Assembly: GCF_009914755.1 (NCBI RefSeq)
Contig: NC_060926.1
Reading direction: 5' to 3' (one strand)
Length of the DNA stretch: 64,000 nt
Source of the DNA: the human T2T-CHM13v2.0 reference genome, Homo sapiens
In this document: positions 30,097 to 49,368 of the stretch, piece by piece
Position numbering within the stretch: position 1 is the stretch's first letter
How the letters are laid out: every line of letters begins with the position of its first letter
Notes under the pieces: model-generated
Seen by the model: the letters and a program-made list of their open reading frames with translations, nothing else
Database searches by the model: none
What the model was told of the DNA's origin: nothing
Made by a program: the position numbers and the translations under genes

Positions 30097-30398
30097 TTTA
30101 TTTTATTTTATTTTATTATTTTTTGAGACAGAGTGTTGCTCTGTTGCCAGGATGGAGTTCAGTGGCGTGATCTCGGCTCACTGCAACCTCTGACTTCCTG
30201 GTTCAAGTGATTATCCTGCCTCAGCCTCCTGAGTAGCTGGGATTACAGGCACGTGCCACCATGCCCAGTTAATTTTTGTATTTTTAGTAGAGACAGGGTT
30301 TCACCATGTTGGCCAGGATCATCTCGATCTCCTGACCTTGTGATCCGCCCGCCTCGGCCTCCCAAAGTCCTGGGATTACAGACATGAGCCACCGCGCC
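30097..30398 (-). mobile_element. AluSc-like
   Basis: ctctgttgccagg and gaccttgtgatcc diagnostics. Confidence 0.9.
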
Positions 30399-30696
30399 TA
30401 TTTTACTTTATTTTTTGAGAGAGGGTCTTGCTCTGTCACCCAGGCTGGAGTGCAGGAGTATGATCGTGGCTAACTGCAGCCTTCTCCTGGGCTCAAGTCA
30501 TCCCCCAGCCTCAGCCTCCTGAGTAGCTGGGGCTACAGGTGTGCTCCACCACACCCAGCTAATTTTTGTATTTTTTGTAGAGACGGGGCTCTCAGTATGT
30601 GGACAAGGCTGGTCTCGAACTCCTGGACTAAAGTGATCCTCCTGCCTTGGCATCTCAAAATGGTAGGATTACAGGTGTGAGCCACCATGCCCAGCC
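30399..30696 (-). mobile_element. AluJ, in tandem with the previous Alu
   Basis: Reverse dimer. Confidence 0.9.
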
Positions 30697-31127
30697 TTAC
30701 TCATCTTTATATCTGGGGCAGTGGGCACGGTGCCTGATACACGGGCTGATAAATGCATGCAGGATGAGTGAATTTAGGAATTCTTGGGAGGAAAGGATTG
30801 CACAACTAAGGATTTCTTGGAGCCAGAGGGAGAAAGAGGGAAGCAAGCATGCTTTTTTAGTAAGAACACATGGACTAGAGAGTGTGAAGTTTTGTCAAGG
30901 ATGCAATTATGCAGGATATCATGGATAATCAAGGAGGACACCTGTTCCTGTCACCCTGGAATGTGAATGGTAGTTGTGCACAAGAACTTCTTCCTTGATC
31001 AGGTCCCTCACACAGTGTATGAAATGAATGAATGAATCAGTCAGTGAATGTACTTGAAAGCAGTGAGCTTCTCCCCAACTCTGGGCCTATGTGACATTGC
31101 CAGGTATTAAGCTATTATTAATCTAAG

Positions 31128-31705
31128 CATGGGTTGGCAAACGTTTTGTATAAAAGGTCAGATAGTAAATATTTTCAGCTTTGTGGGCCATATGTTCTCT
31201 GTTGCAATTATCCAACTCTGCTGTTGCACTGTGAAAGGAGCCATAGAAAATACGCAAAAAAAATGAGTGCAGCTGTTTTCTAATACACTTTTATTTATGG
31301 TCACTGAAATCTGAATTTCATGTAATTTTCATGTGTCACAAAATAGTTTGTTTTTTTTTTTTTCTGAAGTAGGATCTCACTCTGTCACCCAGGCTTAGTG
31401 CAGTGGCACAATTTCGTCTCACTGCAGCCTTGACCTCTGGGGCTCAAGTGATCTTTCCACATCAGCCTCCCGAGTAGCTGAGACTACAGTCGTGCAACAA
31501 CTTGCCTGGATAATTTTGTTTATTTTTTATAGAGATTAGGTCTCACTATGCTGCCCAGGCTGGTCTCAAACTCCTGGGCTCAAGCTATCCTCTTGCTTTG
31601 TCCTCCTGAAGTGTTGGTATTACAGGCATGAGCCACGGCACCTGGCCAAAATAGTCTTTTGATTTTTTTCCCAACCATTAAAGAAGGTACAAACCATTCT
31701 TAGTT
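31128..31705. mobile_element. MER58B-like hAT element containing an Alu
   Basis: gggttggcaaac...cagatagtaaatattttcagctttgtgggcca. Confidence 0.8.
31351..31647 (-). mobile_element. AluJ
   Basis: TSD caaaatagt. Confidence 0.9.
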
Positions 31706-32921
31706 TGGAGGTTAAGGAACCTTGACCTTGGTCTAATTGAACCTTAGCTCTGGGTACAAAGGAGGTCAAATCCAGGGATAAGGGCTGTCCTTTAACTAAA
31801 GTAGTCTTCAGATATAAAATCTTGCAGCTCCTTTGATCTGCCACTAGATGGTGATCATTGCAGGTGTGTGGCTCAGCCAGTGGGTCTTTCAAAGAGATGA
31901 CTGGAGCTCTTCCAGGTATGATAGATAGATTAACAGCTACAGTATTAATACAGACACACAAGCTGTCCCAATGATTCAAGACGTATCACAAACCACATGG
32001 ATTTGATTGCTATCTACACTCTTTCACACTTATTTGTACATATTCCCTGAATTGCAACATACAGGGGAAATGTACTCACTCTCTCAAGGCCTCTGAGGTT
32101 ATTAGCTCAAAGGCTCAGAGCAGTAGTACAAACACAGACTACAGTTAAAGATTTGGGGGCTGCAAAGTGGCATCTGGGAACAGATTCTACCTATGATGCA
32201 ATTTAACAAGTAGAGCCCCTTCTTACATTAAGAGGATACTTGAAGCCATGCCTAGCCTTTTGATGATACACTGATAACTCTCCCAAAACAGCCCCTACTC
32301 CTGGCCTCATCATGTCCCTTTCTTCTACCTTTGAGCTACCTTTGATTAGGGACCCAGCATGACCCTTGCTTCGTAAATCCTGCATCAATTGCCTCTCACA
32401 TTCTTTAGGGTGAGGGAATGCTGGGTATCCATAGGAATGTTCTTGGCTTGTGTGTGTATGTGTGTGTTGGGGAGGGGGGAGTTCAGCTGAAATAGAGACA
32501 GAGCGATGGCCTGGACATCTTGTTCCTTAGTGGTAATTTTTGTCATCCCCTTGTCTGAAATCTCCCAGCTCAGCCTCTTTCCTGGACCAGGAGCTCTTTG
32601 GCTTGAGCTATTTCATTCTTCTCCCTTTCTCACTAGCCTTCTTTATTCAGATACAAAAAAAGAAGGTGCCTGGATGCTTACTAAAACCACTAACAATGGA
32701 AAAATTGACATCTTCCTGGAGTGGAGAAGGGCTTATCTACAGAAACATGACTGTGAAGGTCTGTGAAGCTCAAGTCTACGATCCTAATCACTATATCACA
32801 TGGTCACACAGTTATGTCCACCCTGGCCCCTAGATTGATCTCTTAGGAGATGCAGAATGGATCTACTTTTTCCGTATTTCAAGATGTAAGACATCAACAA
32901 TGGCTGTCATGTGTTTCCTGA

Positions 32922-33224
32922 ATTTTTTTTTTCTCCGAGATGGAGTTTTGCTCTTTTGTCCAGGCTGGAGTGAAGTGGTGTGATCTCGACTCACTGCAAC
33001 CTCTGTCCTCCACCCCGGGTTCAAGTGATTCTCCTGCCTCAGTCTCCCTAGTAGCTGGCATTATAGGTGCCCACCACCATGCCCAGCTAATTTTTGTGTT
33101 TTTAGTAGAGACACGGTTTCGCCATGTTGGCCAGGCTGGTCTGGAACTTCTGACCTCGGGTGATCCACCTGCTTTGGCCTCCCAAAGTGCTAGGATTACA
33201 GGCATGAGAGCCACCGTGCCCGGC
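32922..33224 (-). mobile_element. Alu (S-type)
   Basis: Reverse dimer. Confidence 0.95.
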
Positions 33225-33276
33225 CTGCTTCCTTAATCTTTTCTTCTCTGCCCAGTCATCTCCAATAGGTCAATAA

Positions 33277-34223
<947 letters not shown>

Positions 34224-34274
34224 ATAAGAAATCTTTTCAAAACTCTAGATGTGCTTTTTCTCAAGACAAAGACC

Positions 34275-35190
34275 AGTAGTTCTCAATGGAGGCAAATCTA
34301 CTACATAGGAAGCATTTTAGAAATGTGGGAAGAACTTTTGTTTGTCACAATGATTGCAGGATGCTACAGGCATATTCTCGGCAGCACCAAAGTCATCAAA
34401 AAAGGGTTGGATTTCAGTAGGGGGAAAAACAAACTGGGAAGGGCTGCAGCAAAGGCAGATGGGCAAAAAACTTTTACATAGGATTGATGTTGATACGTGA
34501 CATATGAAGGCCTTATGCCCCCTTCCCCACCAACAGTCTGGGAACTACTGTCAACTCTGTGTCCTTAATCCTGGCCAGAGATGCTAGATCCCCTGAGAAG
34601 CAGGGGACAGCCTGGTACAATGAAGACTCTCTGCCCACCCCGCACAGCCTCAAATATCTGTATGTGCTCTTCAGGTAGGCAAAAAGCCAGTTTATGATTG
34701 TCTGAGTCTGGAAATCCATTTTGTAAGTAATCGTAAAGTAGTTTTTGTAAAGTTTTAATATATGCTGAATTTTCCAGCAATGCAACTTCTTGTTAACCAA
34801 AGAAAGATCAAACTTTATTTTGTTTAGAACTCCCCTAAGAGTCGCTCACCATTTCAGAAAATTATGGTCACAGGCAACAATATGGTATTTGTGTCCTCAA
34901 AATCAATCTGCATTTTTGTTCTCACTATCATAGTGATTCCACTTAGAGGTACAAACATCTAGCCATTTTATCTCATCTTCTAATATAGTTGTACCCAAGC
35001 ATATGCATAGTGAGCACATTTACACATTTAATTTACAATAAATAGATATTACTACAAATTAACTTTGATTTTCTTTCACCTTTGTTAGATTAGACTAGTC
35101 ATTTTTCTTAGGTATAAGAACGAATAAATTATATTATGTAAGAATTTCACTTTAAAGTAACAAAAAGCATGTTACATAATATTTACTATA
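34275..35190 (+). mobile_element. MER20B-like hAT element
   Basis: cagtagttctcaa...ttgtcacaatgattg...ggccagagatgctag...gtttatgattgtctgag. Confidence 0.6.
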
Positions 35191-35227
35191 ATGAGACTAA
35201 TATAGTAAATATTTACTATATTTACTA

Positions 35228-35710
35228 TTGCTGCTGTGACAAAATATGACAAATTTAGAGACTTTAAAGAACATAAATTTATTATCTTACAGTTCTGGTG
35301 GTCAGAAGCCAGAAATGGACTTTACATGGCTGAAATCAAGGTCCGCAGGGCTGTGTTCCCTCTGGAGGTTCTAGGGTAAGAATCTGTTCCCTGGCCTTTT
35401 CCAGTTTCTTGGCTCATGGCCGATTCTTCCATCTTTAAAGTCAGCAACACAGCCCCTTCAATATCTCTCTGACTCTGACCCTCTTGGTTGCATTGTCGCA
35501 TCTCCTCTGACCCTGGCCCTCCTGCCTTCCTCCTATAAGGATCCTCATGATTACATTGGTCCTACCAGGATAATCTAGGATAATCTTCTCATCTCAAGCT
35601 CCTTAACTTGATCACATTCACAAAGTCCCTTTTGCCATATAAGGTAACATATTCACAGATCTAAGTATTAGAATCTGCACATCTTTGGGGCCTGTTATTC
35701 TGTCTACCAC
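35228..35710 (-). mobile_element. MLT1C/D MaLR LTR
   Basis: aaatttattatcttacagttctgg...ccttaacttgatcaca...ttattctgtctaccac. Confidence 0.85.
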
Positions 35711-35907
35711 CCTTTAATAATATAATAACCATTGTTCTGATAAGGTTGAGGCCCACAGGTATAATTAAAGTCCTGGGCTTCCTCTCTCCATATGGTCTTG
35801 GGGCTGGTAAATTTCTTCCTTGTCCATGGCTTGGGCTGAACCTGCTCCAAGAGTGCCTAGTCTAGGGAACAAGCTCATCTGAGCCAGGCTGAGCCCCTGG
35901 CCCCTGA

Positions 35908-36272
<365 letters not shown>

Positions 36273-36291
36273 GGAAAAAACCTTTTTAATA

Positions 36292-37167
<876 letters not shown>

Positions 37168-38167
37168 TCTTTCTCTTTTTTTAACTCTCTGTTTTGTAGA
37201 ATTGTTTTTCCCCTTGGGAGCATGCAGTGTTTACTTTTTGAGGCACCTAACTTTACATGTCTTAAGTTATTTTGCTCTTCAGTGTACATCAGAAGCTGCA
37301 GAGATATTCTCTTGCTGTCATGGCTATGTATTCTTACCTAAAAATCAGGATATATGATCAGACAATGAACTTTCAACATGCTTCCAAGAGTCGAAGGTGT
37401 TTTGGGAGATTCAATTGGTTGAAGACATGTTAAAATTTCTGGTACATCGTGATAGTTTAGGGAGGATAATGTGACAGAGTAAATAAAATAGAATAGCTAT
37501 CACTTAATGAGTACTTTATGAAGTGCTAAGTGCTGTGTTATCCCCTTTTACATATTATCTAACTCTCACAATCCAGTGAGGTAGAAATTATCACCCTTGT
37601 TTCACAGGTTCCATCTCAAGTGGTAGTAGCAGGCTTAGAATTCAAACTCAGATTCATCTGACTCAGAAACCATACACTCAGAAAAATCCAGGAAATGCCC
37701 CTGCCCACTGCCCCCCACCCCCGCCGTCACCCCCACCCCCAACCCCCACCAGGAAATAGATGCATCCCAGGAACTAAAAATCTTACATGGAAGTCAAGCC
37801 AGAGCTCCAGATCTGCAAGTGTATTTCTTTTAAACCTCAGTAAAAGCTGCCTGATAGCCAAGAACAGTGGCATTTAGTTCAACGGGGATTTTAGATTCGT
37901 CTTTCCAGTGTCCTCACTCCTGAGTAAGAAGAAGGACAGAGCACGTTGGTATTTTCCTGGCAGCAGACACATGTTAAAGGAAATTTGATAGAAAGATAGA
38001 GATGGGGGTTGCTATTTTTATAGCCTGCCTTGTCTGTATCCAGCCTGCCTCCAGCATACCAGCATCACCAGCAGTGCTAAGAACAGGGAATTCCATGCTG
38101 TGGAGTAGGGGGTGCTGTAAGAGCCCCAGGTGATACTGGAGAGGAAAAATGCCCCCTTGGAGCCTAA

Positions 38168-39128
<961 letters not shown>

Positions 39129-39265
39129 ATGACAATAGGGAGAATGGAGAACGTGGAGGTCTTCACCGCTGAGGGCAAAGGAAGGGGTCTGAAGGCCACC
39201 AAGGAGTTCTGGGCTGCAGATATCATCTTTGCTGAGCGGGCTTATTCCGCAGTGGTTTTTGACAG
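39129..39265 (+). CDS. SMYD1: SMYD1 exon 1 (N-terminal part of the split SET domain)
   Basis: MTIGRMENVEVFTAEGKGRGLKATKEFWAADIIFAERAYSAVVFD; donor AG|GTATGA; 137 nt, phase 2. Confidence 0.97.
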
Positions 39266-39619
39266 GTATGAAATGTGGGGAGTTGCCTTCTCTCCTGTTA
39301 GTTTGGCTGGGGCCAAACTCTAAAATACTTTGCTCTCAAAAATCATCAGGGGAAGGGATAAAATTCATGTGCTCTTTTTTCAACAAAATGGCACTTCTGA
39401 GAGCTAATTTTTCTGGCACAAATTTTTCTGCAAGGGATCATTGCCAGTGTGATTTGCTGTGGCTCCTAGAAGGGTGGTGAAGGTGAGCAAAGGCTTCGGG
39501 GGCACTTTCTCCCAATACTGGCCAACTTGGCTGAGAGGGTGTGCTGGGAGTGGAAAGGTGGGTGTGGTGCTGTGGGAAACATTTTCCGACAGAAAGCTCT
39601 ATATTTTTAGCTTTCTTTT

Positions 39620-40370
39620 TATTATAAATACATTACCAGATAAAGTAATTGCTGAGACTTTAAAAATTATGAACTATTTGTATATTTATAATTATGAATA
39701 ACCCAGGAATCCACTTTCCCTTGAAAAATCTGAGTATCACCCAATCCCAGTCCCCTCTGTCTTTCCTCAGATATTACCCCTGCTATTATTTCAATGTATT
39801 TCCTTCTAGAATGTTCCTGTGCTATTACATACATATATCTGCACTTAACAAGATGGATGGCTGTAGTCTGTCTGGTTTTTTTTTTTTTTTTACAGAAATG
39901 GTGTCATACTTCAGATGTCATTTTAGAACTCACTCTTTTCCCTAAACAACACGTTTTTGATGTCTATCCTTGCAGGAACTTTAAATCTATAGATACTTCT
40001 TTTAAATTCCAAAGATCTATTTCCTTTATAGAGCTATCCATATAGATTCATATGCCATATGAATCATCAATCTTAATTTTAAATATTTCATCCTATAAAT
40101 ATATGACATTTTATTTATCCATTCCCCTATTGAGAGACAATTGGTAGTTTTTAATTTTTCATGAAATAAAATGAAAATCCTTGATCGTGTCTACCTGTAC
40201 ATATGTTCGATTGTTCTCCAGGGCACAGGACTAGAAGAGGAATTGCTGGGCCGTAGGATGTGATGTTTTCAGTTTTATAGGCTCTCCAAACAGGCTCTAT
40301 TAAATTTACATTCCCGCTTCCTCACGACCTTGGCCACACTAGGCTACCAAGCTTTTAAATTAGTAATAAA
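39620..40370 (-). mobile_element. Degenerate L1M fragments
   Basis: tttatttatccattcccctattga...ctagaagaggaattgctgggccgtagg. Confidence 0.6.
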
Positions 40371-41902
40371 TCTTCATTTTAAACAAACCTACATGGTGAT
40401 TACATTAAATTGTCAATATTTTCTGAGATCAAGGTTGGGGTGACCTGCTTGACATCTATGTGGTTTGAGTCTGATAACCTAGGCTTTGTGGTTGGCTGGC
40501 TGCACTGACCACCCTGGGAAAGGGCACTGCTTCCCACAGATAACTTGATTAGTATTCACATTCTCTTGTCTTCCTGCCCACTAAGACCTTCAGGGAAAAG
40601 GGTGTGAACTGGGGCATATGGCTCACCACCACTTGAGGAAAATAAGGGGCTGAGGTGACTTTTTCAGGGGGAGCTTGTCTTATTTCATTAATCTGTGTGT
40701 GTGTATGTGTATGTGTCAGGGGAGGGGTGAGTACAGTTAGGGAGCCAGCTGGATTCAGAGTGAAAACAACCCAGAAACACAGGGACTGTCAACACTAATT
40801 CTGGCGCTGCCAGTGAGTTACTGCCTGGCCTTGTGAAGAACATCTCCATTTGCTGCTTCCAATTCCCCAAAGTCAATCTAGCCAATCAGTTCCATTTCAA
40901 GAAGGTTAAAGTTGAATGGGCTTTCATTCCATTATAAAAGCAAGGCATTGTCATTTTAGAAAATTTAGAAAGATAAGACATCACACAGCGATAACCACTC
41001 TTAACATGTTGGGTATCTATTTTCGGTTTGTTTTAAAACATAGGTTTCATTTGGCTGTAATATACTCATTATACAAGCTATTATGCTTTTTCATTTAATA
41101 ATTTTGACATCTTCTGTGCTATTATACACTCTTCAGAGACATAGTACTTAAGGGCTACGTCTTCTTCTATTACCTGCTGATGACTGGCCATTTGGATTGT
41201 TTCCATGTTTTTGTTATTATAAATAATTTGTCATTCATTTGAAGTAACAACTATAAAAACACCTTCATATACATTGCAGATAAATGCTACATAAAATCAT
41301 ATATTATTTTTACAATGGTAATAAAAGTGGGATAATTGGTATAAATGACGTTTAAAATGATTGAAAAAAAATCTAAAAGAGATAGTTTTTTTTCAAAAAA
41401 TGCTTTACCCAAACTTGTCACTGCATAGATGAGGGAGCTGTGCTTTCTTTGGTTATACCAGAGACAGCCCAAAGAGGCATTAAAGGAAAGTTTTATGCAT
41501 TTTAGGCTCCTGGTGAGGCTCAGCCACCATAGATGAGAAACGTGATTGCAGAGGTGGGACTGAGTCACCCACAAAAGTCACTGTACAAAACTGGCTTGTT
41601 TTAATCCATCTTACTGCAAGACAGGCTTTCCTACTCTTCCACACAAATGTGGAGAAAGATTTTATTTTTAGTTGAGCACTGCATTAAATGAAAATTAATT
41701 CTTTCAAACAGTGTGTATTATATATTCTAACATATATATTATATGTTATATTGTATATATTCTAACATATATTATATAAAGCATAGCAATAAATCAACAC
41801 CAAACCAACTTAACTAGAATATTCCAATATGTTACATCTTCTCTATCCTGTTGCATGCCTGCTCCAAAGGTAATTATCCTAGGTTTTGTGTTGTATATTC
41901 TA

Positions 41903-42240
<338 letters not shown>

Positions 42241-43401
42241 TTATCACAGTCACATATTTCTAAACAATGTATAATTTAGTTATGTTTTGTTTTTGATCTT
42301 TTAAACAAAGGTACAATATTATATGTGGTTTTATGCCACTTGTTTCTTTCAATGAAATGTTTATTATTCATCTGTATGGTTTTGTGAAACTAATGAAATG
42401 AATAAACTTTGTGTGTGTCTGTGTACCAAATTTATTTTTCCATTCTCCTGTGAATGGTTGCTATGAACATTTTTGCTCCTATCTCTTGGAAAGCAGATAC
42501 ATGAGGTGTGTATCACAGAAGTGTAGTTACTAGGCCAGTAATATATGTGTTATTTGGCTTTAAAATATAATGCCATACTGTGAAATGCTGGTTTGTAAAC
42601 CTGAATTGTGTCTTTGTTAGAATGGGCTTTGTTTAGCATTAACAGTAACAATCCAGGCCCTTAAATTATGGTCCTTAGTCTGGTTAGGATCTCTTCACCT
42701 TTGATGGTCGGAAAAGCAGGTACTCTTCTTGAAGGTAAGAGAGCAAGAATAAAGCTGGGAAAATTCTTTCAGGCCTAGCTATTATGTAGCACTTGGATTA
42801 AGTGCTAGGCATGACTAATCAATCAGGCACACCTTCCTCCTGAACTCCAACTTGGCCTCAGAATCCCTTCCAGCAGGTCCTCCAGGGGGCTACTACCAAT
42901 CAATGAGAACTAGCATTTAAAAATGAAGTCTATTTGCCATCCTCTTAGGTGTTGTGGTTGGGTGCTGGAAGGGAGTGAAGTACCGTTACCAAGGGGTTGC
43001 CTTTTTTGGACACAGTATTTTATGGTAGTTGAGATACCGGGGGTGATGCACGAGTGGGTAAAAGTTGCTCTCTGCCCCTTTAACTCTCCACTCTGAGAGT
43101 TTCCAGTTCTCAGGGGGAAAGTGAGTGGGAGCTCTGTGGTACCTTAGCCCAAGTGATCCTCCTAGCTTCTACATAGCATGGGGCCAAACTGGGAATTCGC
43201 AATGCTGGGTTTTGTTGTTGTTGTTAAGGAAGAAAATAATAATTCTCTGCAATCTTAACATTTGGAAAAAAAAAAAACCCCAGCTATTAACATTCTGGTG
43301 TATATCCTCCTTGTTTTCTGATGCAAATACAATGCATATAAAATGTTTTCTTGATTCTGATGAGTTATAGGTGGGGTGGGGGTCCTGGAAGAAATACTAC
43401 A

Positions 43402-43798
<397 letters not shown>

Positions 43799-44167
43799 TC
43801 AGAATGGAGGGAAAATGGGACATACATAATATGCTATATTTATCAATTCCAGAATACATATTTTAACTTCTCTGAAATCATAATGTATCCTAAAATCTAT
43901 GGCTGATTATGGTTTAATTGGCAGATTTTTTTTGATTTCTTAGTAGTGAATAAAAATGGTGCATTTAATAATTTCAGGTTCAATGTAATTAAGTTGTATA
44001 CACTTTTTCTCTCAAAAAAGTTGGATTATTTTGTAACCTGTTTTATTTACTTCATAATATGTTGTGAACAACTTTCAAACCATTAATATCCTTCTACACC
44101 ATTTTAATGGCTGCATAGTATTCTTTTTGTTGACTTGTATATTAATTTAATTAGATGCCATATATTA

Positions 44168-44775
44168 GTTTTTATTTTCATTTTAGATTTTGGGGGTACA
44201 TGTGCAGGTTTGCTACATGGGCATATTGTGTGATGCTGAGGTTTGGGCTTCTAATAATCTGCTTGCCCAGGTAGTGAACATGGTACCCTATAGGTAGCTT
44301 TTCAATTCTTCACCCTCTCCCTCCCTCTCCCCTTTTGGAATCTCCAGTGTTTATTGTTCACATTTTTGTGTCTATACATACCCAATGTTTATCTCCCACT
44401 TCAAAATGAAAACATGTTATTTGGTTTTCTGTTTCTGCATTAATTTGCTTAGGAGAATGGCCTCCAGTTGCACCCATATTGCTGCAAAGGACGTGATTTT
44501 GTTCTTTTTTAACAGCTGTGTAGTATTACAGGGTATATATGCACCAGGTTTTCTTTATACAATCCACCATTGATGGGCACCTGGGTTGTTTCCATGTCCT
44601 TGCTACTGTGGATAGTGCTGTGATAAACATATGAGTGCAGGTGTGTTTTTGGTAGAATAATTTATTTTCCTTCAGGTAGATATTCAGTAATGGGATTTCT
44701 GGGTCGAATGGTAATTCTAGTTTTAGTTTTTTGAGAACTCTCCAGGCTGCTTTCTACAAGGGCTGAACTAATTTG
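44168..44775 (-). mobile_element. Old L1PA (about PA13-16) 3' end
   Basis: gggggtacatgtgcaggtttg...gatgggcacctgggttg...ggctgaactaattt. Confidence 0.9.
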
Positions 44776-45311
44776 TAGATGCTATGTTTTGGAGATCAAG
44801 GGTGTGCTCTTCTTTTTCCTAGTAGATCTTCCCATATATCTCTGATTATGTATTAAAGACAAATTCCTACAAGTATAAATTTTGAATTCAAAATACGTTT
44901 TTAAGGCTTTTGATATAGATTTCCAAATTACCTCAGCAAAGGAGATCATACATTTTTCTACTAGCAGCACAGGGGTTGTCTCCTCATCCCAATACTGGCC
45001 AACACAGAAAACTATTTCACTTTTTCATGTTTGTCAACTTAATCTGTTAAAACTTTTTTTAGTATTGTTTTAACTTGAATTTTTGATTATTAGAGAAGTG
45101 AAAGTTTTTTAACATTTGTTCTTTTATGAATTGTTGTTTTCTTTTGATGCCCTCAATTTTTAAGTATATGCATAACTCATTTGTTTATTACTCCTTTATG
45201 TCTAGTTCTCCCCTCTATTACCTAGCTCGATGCACATAACAGATGCTCAATAAATACTTGTGGAAAGAATCAGGGAGGGAAGGAAAGAGAGAGAAAGAGA
45301 GAGGGAAAGAA

Positions 45312-45427
45312 GATGGGGTTTCACTATGTTGCCAAGGCTGGTCTCAAACTACTGACCTCAAGAGATTTGCCTGCCTCAGCCTCCAAAAGTGCTGGGATTA
45401 CAGGCGTGAGCCCCTAGGCACCTGGCC
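45312..45427 (-). mobile_element. Alu left-arm fragment
   Basis: Begins abruptly at gatggggtttcac, no tail. Confidence 0.85.
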
Positions 45428-45429
45428 TT

Positions 45430-45838
45430 TAGTTCCCTTTGCTGCTGTCACAAACTACTGTAACTTCAATGGCTGAAAACAACACAAGTTTATTATCTTA
45501 TAGTTCTGGAGGTTAGAAGTCTAAAACAGGCTGACACTTCTGTTTCTTTGCTATCTCCATCTACTTGAGGCTGCCCACATTCCTTGGCTCATGGCCCCCT
45601 TCCTGAATCTTTAAAGCCAGCAGTGTAACATCTTGTTCCCTGCTGACCTCCTGCCTCCTCTTATAAGGACTTGCAATTACATTAGGCCCACCTAGGAAAT
45701 TTGGGATACTGTCCTTGTCTCAAGGTCTTTAACTTAATCACTCATGCAAAGTTCCTCTGCCATGTAATGTAATCTATTTATAAGTTCTGGGGATTAAGAC
45801 ATTGACAATTTTTGGGGGGCTATTATTCAGTCTACCCC
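45430..45838 (-). mobile_element. MLT1 (B/C-like) MaLR LTR
   Basis: acaacacaagtttattatcttatagttctggagg...ctattattcagtctac. Confidence 0.8.
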
Positions 45839-46625
45839 AACGAAAAAGAATTTTCTAGATTGATCCAATTCATCACAAAATATGTTAAGAAGGAGCAAGG
45901 ACAGTTAGTGGATTTTTTTTTAAAAGTTCTTTAAATAAAAACTTGAGCAGTCTCTAAATTATTCTGGTTACAAAGTTGAAAGTGACCCGGAGATTATGTA
46001 TATATAGTGTGTATATAGGGAAAAAGATAGTGGGGAACATGAGAAAAAGTTGAGTATTTGTAAATAAATTACTGTCAACCAGGCTTTTTTTGAAAATGGA
46101 ACCAGTTATGAGCTTTCTTAGGTGCGGCAGAGCAGGTGGGGTTAGTCAGTGTAATTCTGTGTGAGCATGTGGGAATGGCAGGATCAGCCCTGGCAGACAC
46201 ACAAACACACATGTGGCCTTTAATCTGATAACAGCTGGTGGTTGGTTATTGGGGGATAAATGATGCTATAAATGGAAATAATTTAATAAAAGGATTAGAG
46301 AAATTCCGGAACAATTAGTTCAGAAAATGAGTAAGTGCTAAACTATTCAAGTGACAGCCTTAAATGTTTGCATTGGATGTTGAGAATAACCACAGTCGAC
46401 TTAGAATTCTGCTTTTCATTTGGCACTTTTAGCTGCAGAGGCAAGACATGTCGACATGTTACACAACCTGTTGTGAGCTGTATTGCTAAATATTGCTCAA
46501 TAATTCTTAAATCCAGAAGTCTGAGAATGATTGCCTTTTAAAGATGGATTAGATCAAATGGCAGGTTGTCCCCATAATGATGCTATCTTTACCCACTCGC
46601 ATCCCAGGATGTGTTCTGAACATGA

Positions 46626-47099
<474 letters not shown>

Positions 47100-47317
47100 T
47101 GACTTCTTATGTCAAGGTATTTAATAGTCAGTGCAAACATGAATCTCATGATCTCATCCAACGGCTAACTCTGTCTCCTATATGTACACCCCCACACCGA
47201 CACATTTGCCTATCAGTGCCTCTTTCTGGAAGACCTCAACCTTCTCTGAGTACAAACTCAGCCTATCTCTCGAGGTCAGAACAATGCCTCCTCATCTCGT
47301 AGGTGATGCCTTTCTAG

Positions 47318-47775
<458 letters not shown>

Positions 47776-47931
47776 TTCCTTTATCTTTTAAGGCCCTCTA
47801 TTACCTAGCTCAATGCACATAACAGATTCTCAATAAATACTTGCAGAATGAAGCAGGGAGGGAAGGAAAGACAGAGGGAAAGAAGAAAAGAAGAAGGAAT
47901 GAGAAAAAGAATTTAAAATATTGTGAAGTTA

Positions 47932-48576
<645 letters not shown>

Positions 48577-48860
48577 TCAAGGCTGCAGGCCAAGCAGGTG
48601 GGCCTTGTAGCTGCATCCGCCCGCCTTCTGTGCTGGGAGCAGCGTCCGGCGTCAGGGACCCTTAAGAGAATAATATCCCTGTGAGGATAATGATCTCGGC
48701 CAGTCTAAAGGGTTGCTGTGAAGATTTTTAAAAAAACGAATCACTAAAAACATCTCTTTGAAATGGCAAAGTGCTGTGTAAGTGGGAGTTGATACCTTCT
48801 TGTGTGAATAGGAATGTAAGACTCGGGAGAAACGAGACTTGCTGAAGGTCACCCAGCTAA

Positions 48861-49368
<508 letters not shown>

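Noticed and set aside
34440-34500. Possible mitochondrial insertion (NUMT)
   Set aside because: I could not match it to mtDNA on either strand; it is kept only as an unidentified insert.
46301-46312. STAT-like site
   Set aside because: TTCCGGAA has only a 2-bp spacer, not TTCN3GAA.
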